This document shows, in pieces, positions 61,385 to 64,000 of a stretch of DNA of 64,000 nucleotides. The DNA is taken from positions 25,149,248-25,213,247 of the forward strand of contig NC_057749.1 of NCBI RefSeq assembly GCF_004010195.1, written 5' to 3'. Position numbers and translations under genes: made by a program. The DNA comes from Chiloscyllium plagiosum (lineage: Eukaryota). The notes under the pieces are model-generated. The model saw nothing but the letters and a program-made list of their open reading frames with translations, had not been told where the DNA came from and did not search any database. Numbering within the stretch: the stretch's first letter is position 1; every line of letters begins with the position of its first letter.

Positions 61385-64000
61385 AAGAACAAAGAACATT
61401 ACAGCACAGGAACAGGCCCTTCAGCCCTCCAAGCCTGCGCCAATCCAGATCCTCGATCTAAACCTGTCACCTATTTTCTAAGGTTCTCTATCCCTCTATC
61501 CCTCTGTCTAGATACATCTTAAATGACACTACTGTGCCCATCTCTACCACCTCCGCTGGCAAAGTGTTCCAAGCACCCACCAACCTTTGCATAAAGGATT
61601 TTCCACGCATATCTCCCTTAAACTTTTCCCCTCTCACCTTGAACTCATGACCTCTAGTAATTGAGTCCCCCACTCTGGGAAAAAGCTTCTCGTGATTTTG
61701 TAGACTTCAACCAGGTACCTCCTCAACCTCCATCTTTCTAATGAAAATAATCCTAATCTACTAAACTTCTCCTCATAGCTAGCACCTTCTACACCAGGCA
61801 ACATCCTGGTGAACCTCTCTGCACCCTCTCCAAAACATCCACATCCTCCTGGTAATGTGGCAACCAGAACTGTACACATTATTCTAAATGTGGCCAAACC
61901 AAAGTCCTATACAACTGTAACATGACCTGCCAACTCTTGTACTCAATACCCCATCCGATGAAGGAAAGCATGCTGTATACTTTCTTGACCACTCTACCAA
62001 CCTGCCACCTTCAGGGTACAATGGACCTGAACACCCAGATCTCTCTGTACGTCAATTTTCCTCAGGGCTTTTCCATTTACCATATAGTTCACCCTGGATT
62101 TGGACCTTCCAAAATGCATCACCTCGCATCTAACCAGATTGAACTCCATTTGACATTTCTCCGCCCAACTCTCCAATCTATCTATATTCTGCCGTAATCT
62201 CTGACAGTCCCCTTTACTACCTGCTACTCCACCAATCTTAGTGTCATCTGCAAACTTGCTAATTAGACCACTTAAACCTTCCTCCAGATCACTTGTGTAT
62301 ATCACAAACAACAGTGGTCCCAGCCCGGATCCCTGTGGAACACCGCTGGCCACAGTTCTCCATTTTGAGAAACTCCCTTCCAATAATACTCTCTGTCTCC
62401 TGTTGCCCAGTCAGTTCTCTATCCATCTAGCTAGTACACCTTGGATCACATGCAACTTCACTTTCTCCATCAGCCTACCAAAACTTATCAAACGCCTTAC
62501 TGAAGTCCATGTATATGACATCTACAGCCCTTCCCTCATCAATCAAGTTTGTCACTTCCTCAAAGAATTCTATTAAGTTGGTGAGGCGTGATCTTTCCTG
62601 CACAAAATCATGTTGCCTATTGCTGATAAGCCCATTTTCTTCCAAATTGGAATGGATCCTATCCCTCAGTATATTCTCCAGCGGCTTCCCTACCACAGAC
62701 GTCAAGCTCACCGGTCTATAGTTACCTGGATTATCTCCGCTATCCAAGGGGACAACATTAGTAATTCTTCAGTCCTCTGGGACCTCCCCCGTGTTTAAGG
62801 ATGCTGCAAAGATATCTGTTAAGGCCCCAGCTATTTACTCTCTCGCTTCCCTCAGTAACCTGGGATAGATCCCATCTGCACCTGGGGACATGTCCACTTT
62901 AATGCCTTTTCGAATACCCAACACTTCCTCTCTCCTTTTTTTTTGTAAATATATTTATTAGCAAATTTTTTAAAAATTTTGCAAACATATAAAATTATTG
63001 AAAAATACAATCAATAACAAATATCAGTATAATAAAAAGAAAAAAACACAAATTACAATACAACTACTGTCTACCAATTACTAACCTACTGTCTAATACA
63101 AAACAAACCCTAACTGTGCAAAGCAAAACCAAAAAAAAAGAAAGAAAAGCAAAGAAAACCCACAAAATACAGAACAGCTATGCTCGGTGCAAAGCTCCCA
63201 AATAAAGGAACAGGAGCATTGTATATACACCCGTATTAACTCAGGAGACCCCCTCCTGGGCCCAGGACTTGACAAATCTAGCCATCCTGGTTAAACAAAC
63301 GCCCTAGTTAAGACAACTGACAAATTTATTTCCAAATAACTCAAGTAAGGCTGCCATGTCTTATAAAAATGGTCTGTTGTGTGGTGTACCATGTTTGTAA
63401 AAAAGCCCAAGGGAATGTGCTCCATAATTAATTTCTGCCATCCCAGCAAGCCCGGTGGGTTCCCAGACACCCAATTCATCAGAATATTCTTCTGTGCACA
63501 GTATGCAAGAATATTAAATAGTTTCTTCCCATGTCCGTCTAAAGATGGTAAATTCGGTAGATCTAAGAGGAGAGATATTGGGTCTACTTTGACTTCAGTC
63601 CTCAATACCCTCCCTATCTCTCCCGCCACAGCGCTCCAATAAACACGGAGCCTATGGCCTGTCCAGCAGCAATGGGTAAGAGTACCTACACTTATTTTAC
63701 GTTTGGGGCACACTGAAGGTGCCCCTTTTTTAAACTCTGCCAGACAGTCTGGTGCCAGATGAGCCCTGTGCAGATCTTTTAACTGCATAGCGCATGTCCC
63801 ATTACAGATTGAGATCTTTCGAGTATTCTCCCATATATTCTACCATGATTCAGAAGACATCTCCACTCCTAGCTCTTGCTCCCAGACCTCACATAACCGG
63901 TTAATATCCTGCCAGGCCCAGCCTCCCAGCAGGCGATAGAGGGACTTCCTGTCTCCTTATGCCGACTTGACCTAGAGTAATCAAATATCTATCCCTAAAC
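61385..64000 (-). pseudogene. CR1 LINE RT region, decayed, interrupted by L1
   Basis: NPGNYRPVSLTSVVGK...YMDFSKAFDK...SGVPQGSGLGPLLFVIY...ISKFADDTK. Confidence 0.93.
62938..63943 (-). mobile_element. 5'-truncated L1-clade LINE (ORF2 C-terminal zinc-knuckle region, 3' UTR, polyA)
   Basis: ORF 63291-63788: HRAHLAP...CPKRKISVGTLTHCCW; AATAAA and polyA on the minus strand near 62936-62960; TSD ACTTCCT[CG]TCTCCTT at 62923-62937 and 63944-63958. Confidence 0.88.

Overview
Repeat-dense, apparently non-coding (intronic or intergenic) vertebrate DNA, almost certainly from an elasmobranch (shark). It carries about 20 HE1-type tRNA-derived SINEs and many fragments of their partner HER1/CR1 LINE. No intact host gene is recognisable, and nearly all ORFs in the track are transposon debris or chance frames. 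Other repeats are Penelope-like elements (PLEs; Neptune- and Poseidon-type RT and GIY-YIG remnants), Rex1/Babar, L1, L2 and RTE fragments, an unclassified LINE with a partner SINE, DeuSINE-like relics, pogo/Tigger-like MITEs, a probable solo LTR and microsatellites. The most notable hidden structure is about 20 minimal hammerhead-ribozyme motifs (CUGANGA-N-stem II-GAAA-palindromic helix III) in four sequence families inside PLE termini. Many lie in short fold-back insertions bounded by 12-20 bp target-site duplications, and a few cores are intact (13761, 30020, 30006 on the minus strand, 46367). Hammerheads in PLEs are known in general; their density, diversity and packaging here are what deserve testing. 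A few repeat-free islands could be conserved non-coding elements, and one holds a candidate 105-nt exon or promoter. Family names come from my recognition of the sequence, not from a database search, and boundaries are approximate.
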